This document shows positions 60,915-64,000 of a stretch of DNA of 64,000 nucleotides, in pieces; position 1 is the stretch's first letter, and each line of letters starts with the position of its first letter. Location of the stretch: assembly GCA_002104905.1 (NCBI GenBank), contig MCFE01000071.1, positions 122,329 to 186,328 on the forward strand. The letters run 5' to 3'. Source of the stretch: Basidiobolus meristosporus CBS 931.73 (lineage: Eukaryota > Fungi > Basidiobolomycota). The position numbers and the translations under genes are program-made. The notes below the pieces were generated by a model. It made no database searches and was not told the origin of the DNA. It was given only the letters and a program-made list of their open reading frames with translations.

Positions 60915-61475
60915 ATGCTCATTAAAGTGAAGGTAATTTAATATTTACTTTTCAGTTTATAGTCACAAAAACTGACTCTTCTAAACTTTTCAGACACTTA
61001 CTGGAAAAGAGGTAACTTGTGAAAAACGTGCCACTAGCTGATTACTATAGATCTAACCGTCGACAATATGTAACTTCAGATCGAGATCGATATCGAGCCA
61101 AATGATAAGGTTTGTAACGCTCGTTTGGCTCAACATTGACCGAACACTGGCTTATGCTACGTTAAAGATTACCAGAATCAAAGAGCGTGTTGAAGAGAAA
61201 GAAGGCATTCCCCCTGCTCAGCAAAGGTAGCTATGATACTCGAAGCCATAATTTATAAAGCGACAATTACTAACAGTATGTAAACTCTAGATTAATCTTT
61301 GGTGGTAAACAAATGTAAGTGGGCGTTATCAACAACAGACTACGTTAAAACTGTTTGGTGTAACTAAACCCGCCTTGTTTTTACAAGGGCCGATGAAAAA
61401 ACCGCTACTGACTATAATATCGAAGGTGGCTCCGTGCTCCATTTGGTATTGGCACTGCGTGGTGGTTCCTATTGA
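60915..61475 (+). CDS. NEDD8: NEDD8/Rub1 ubiquitin-like protein (6 exons; not in the ORF track)
   Basis: MLIKVK|TLTGKE|[10 protein letters not shown]|[20 protein letters not shown]|LIFGGKQM|[28 protein letters not shown]. Confidence 0.97.
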
Positions 61476-61722
61476 TTTCCCTACTTTGCTAAACCGTTAT
61501 ATGCGTTGGAGTCAACTTTATAATAGCAGCTCAACCTAAATAAACATCTTGATGAAATCTATACTTGCCAACACAACTTTCATCATATCATTAAATGTGT
61601 AAAGTGACTTTATATAATATTCTTGAAAGAAAGGCGCCAAGTTTCTGAAGTGTTTTTACTGAGCCAGCCAAGTGTTGTAGATGTAGTAATGCAAATTTAG
61701 GGTATTTTGGATGACTAGATTC

Positions 61723-62043
61723 TTAGGGGGGGGGAGACAGTCACCAACAGGTGAAATCTTTATTTCAGTTGAAACAAAGAAGCCAGCACTATTGTTGTAG
61801 CTTTGATACAAGAGTGTGCAGCTGAGGGGAATTTGTAGGTAAGTTAATAAGAAGTGATGATAGTTCTTCAGTGCTCAAGACACTGTTCAGTGGAAAGGGG
61901 GGTAGCAAGAGGGGTAAGAATGATTTGTGAACAACATTAATGAGGGGAATACAATAAGGATTGATATTCATCATAAAGGGAGTGTGCTGACTCAAATATT
62001 GCTGCCAAAGGTCTGTAAAGTACTTCAGGTAGGCCAGTTTGGG
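61723..62043 (-). mobile_element. Telomere-junction retroelement unit 1 (5'-truncated 3' end)
   Basis: On + it starts TTAGGGG...GAGACAGTCACCAACAGGTGAAATCTTTATTT. Minus-strand ORF tail ...PFMMNINPYCIPLI...LHTLVSKLQQ*. It is followed by GGGTTAGGG at 62041. Confidence 0.75.
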
Positions 62044-62500
62044 TTAGGGGGGTGGGAGACAATCACCAACAGGTGAAATCTTTATTTCAGTTGAAACAAA
62101 GAAGCCAGCACTACTGTTGCAGCTTTTATACAAGAGTGTTAGAATAGCATGTCTCTAGGGGCATTCAGGGAGATGAGGCATCAAGGAGGTAATACATCAG
62201 ACTGCAAACTTGTCAAGCTTAGTGCAGTCTTCAGTAGTAACAGAGAGAAGTGGTAAGCCAAGTTCCAGGACAGGGAAGATAAACTGCTTGAGTAGAAGGA
62301 GGCAGCTGGGAGCTGAAGTTGTAGGAGGAGTAACAGCCAGTAGCTTGTGGAGTCCCTGTCTTGCCAGGATAATTCTCTTCTTCAGGTGTGCTCCAGAGTC
62401 TAGTCCAGTAGGAAGGAAAGGGAAGCCAAGATATGTAGCAGAAGCCTGAGCAGGTAGAGTGCAGTTTTCCAAGTTGATAGGACAACCCAAAGGTACTGGG
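62044..62500 (-). mobile_element. Telomere-junction retroelement unit 2 with reverse-transcriptase C-terminal fragment
   Basis: Same 3' end as unit 1 up to 62139. It then reads ATYLGFPFLPTGL...HLKKRIILAR...FIFPVLELGLPLL, resembling the YLG...P.LEYG region of non-LTR RTs. Confidence 0.7.
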
Positions 62501-62720
62501 TTAGGGGGAGGGAAAGTCACCAAAGTAGGTGAAATCTTTATTTGATTTCAGACAAGTCTAACTACAAATAAAGAAGCCAGCTGGGAATAGAAGATTCCCA
62601 AAGTAAACACTAAGTTGAATATGATTAAATCTAAGCTAAAGTTAAGGCAGTATCCCAGAGTACACTGGAGTTCAGGTTCATGGGGGAGTGAAGTAGATAA
62701 GCTTGAGAGATATAATAATC
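62501..62720 (-). mobile_element. Telomere-junction unit 3 (third body type, shared 3' motif)
   Basis: GGGTTAGGGGGAGGGAAAGTCACCAAAGTAGGTGAAATCTTTATTT followed by a body unlike units 1, 2, 4 or 5. Confidence 0.7.
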
Positions 62721-63248
62721 TTAGGGGGGAGGAAAGTCACCAAGTGGTGAAATCTTTATTTACTTATGACAAGTATCTAAAGAAGCCATGTTAATCTGAA
62801 GTAATTCCTAGAAAGCTAGGTCTGAGAGATATCTTCCTGGTAAGCCAGGTTTGAGAGTTGAGAAGCTGAGTGGTACTGTATTTCCTAGTTAGCTAGGTCT
62901 GAGAGAGGTTTCCTGGAAAGCCAGGCCTGAGAAGTGAGAATCTGAGTATATCTGAGGTGAGTTGCACTGATTTGCGGTAGCTGAATTGTGGCCGGAATGG
63001 CCAGTAGACTGGTGGAACTGAGAGGAATATCTGGGCGATCACTGGCCAAATTTACTAGGCAAATCTGGCCAATTAGCATTTCAAGGATTTCAGCCAATCA
63101 GAGCCTTTACTTTGCCCGATGGTTGATCAAGCCATCTCCCAATGAGCACACATCAATTTATTGATCAAATTTTGTTGGATCCAGGATTTGAACCCACAAC
63201 CATGGGTATGGAAGGGTTAGGGATAACCACAAGGCTAAGTGTTCTTGG
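62721..63248 (-). mobile_element. tRNA-headed SINE-like unit, copy 1 (528 bp)
   Basis: Minus-strand A box TAGCCTTGTGG (63227-63237) and B box GGTTCAAATCC (63184-63194) at tRNA spacing. The 3' motif is shared with units 1-3. Confidence 0.78.
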
Positions 63249-63775
63249 TTAGGGGGAGGAAAGTCACCAAGTGGTGAAATCTTTATTTACTTATGACAAG
63301 TATCTAAAGAAGCCAAGTTAATCTGAAGTAATTCCTAGAAAGCTAGGTCTGAGAGATATCTTCCTGGTAAGCCAGGTCTGAGAGTTGAGAAGCTGAGTGG
63401 TACTATATTTCCTAGTTAGCTAGGTCTGAGAGAGGTTTCCTGGAAAGCCAGGCCTGAGAAGTGAGAATCTGAATATATCTGAGCTAAGTTATACTGGTTT
63501 GCGGTAGCTGAATTGTGGCCGGAATGGCCAGTAGACTGGGGGAACTGAGATGAATTTCTGGGCAATCACTGGCCAAATTTACTAGGCAAATCTGACCAAT
63601 TAGCATTTCAAGGATTTCAGCCAATCAGAGCCTTTACTTTGCCCGATGGTTGATCAAGCCATCTCCCAATGAGCACACATCAATTTATTGATCAAATTTT
63701 GCTGGATCCAGGATTTGAACCCACAACCATGGGTATGGAAGGGTTAGGGATAACCACAAGGCTAAGTGTTCTTGG
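63249..63775 (-). mobile_element. tRNA-headed SINE-like unit, copy 2 (527 bp), directly capped by the telomere
   Basis: Near-identical to 62721-63248; A box at 63754-63764 and B box at 63711-63721. Confidence 0.78.
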
Positions 63776-64000
63776 TTAGGGTTAGGGTTAGGGTTAGGGT
63801 TAGGGTTAGGGTTAGGGTTAGGGTTAGGGTTAGGGTTAGGGTTAGGGTTAGGGTTAGGGTTAGGGTTAGGGTTAGGGTTAGGGTTAGGGTTAGGGTTAGG
63901 GTTAGGGTTAGGGTTAGGGTTAGGGTTAGGGTTAGGGTTAGGGTTAGGGTTAGGGTTAGGGTTAGGGTTAGGGTTAGGGTTAGGGTTAGGGTTAGGGTTA
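63776..64000 (+). repeat. Telomere (TTAGGG)n, ~37 units, running to the window end
   Basis: Perfect TTAGGG tandem array with the G-rich strand running toward the end. Confidence 0.99.

Noticed and set aside
63177-63247. Functional tRNA gene
   Set aside because: The A and B boxes are present, but there is no convincing acceptor stem or anticodon arm, so it is treated as a SINE head.
61723-63300. CRISPR-like array (short repeated motif with variable spacers)
   Set aside because: The spacers are hundreds of bp, include RT fragments and duplicated bodies, and the context is a eukaryotic telomere with no cas genes.

Overview
Right end of a chromosome from an intron-rich early-diverging fungus (Mucoromycota/Zoopagomycota-like; this is inferred from gene content). 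It has three zones. (1) 1-~13,490 is a CpG-depleted graveyard of decayed transposons: CACTA-type transposase relics, an unidentified element in two inverted copies, and three ~1.07-kb solo LTRs inserted at GCGC sites, one nested inside another. (2) ~13,750-61,475 is a dense block of about 22 mostly conserved genes: DMC1, a GH18 chitinase, two AAAP transporters, DET1, a Cid1/GLD-2-type nucleotidyltransferase, PFK-2/FBPase-2-like, a PAS-GATA factor, MPC2, an Rsc7+PHD protein, HAUS3, SMARCD, a hexokinase-family gene, a probable MTA1c p2 subunit, importin-5, MMSDH, a GH16 Crh, SMN and NEDD8. (3) ~61,720-64,000 is a head-to-tail array of five retroelement units ending in the (TTAGGG)n telomere. Each unit starts at a TTAGGG junction and shares a ~40-nt 3' stem-loop motif. 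The array includes reverse-transcriptase fragments and two full-length tRNA-headed SINE-like units that carry CCCTAACCC inside the tRNA-like head. This apparent telomere-targeted LINE/SINE pair is the most novel-looking system. All assignments are by eye and from recalled family motifs; no database searches were run, and exon boundaries are approximate.
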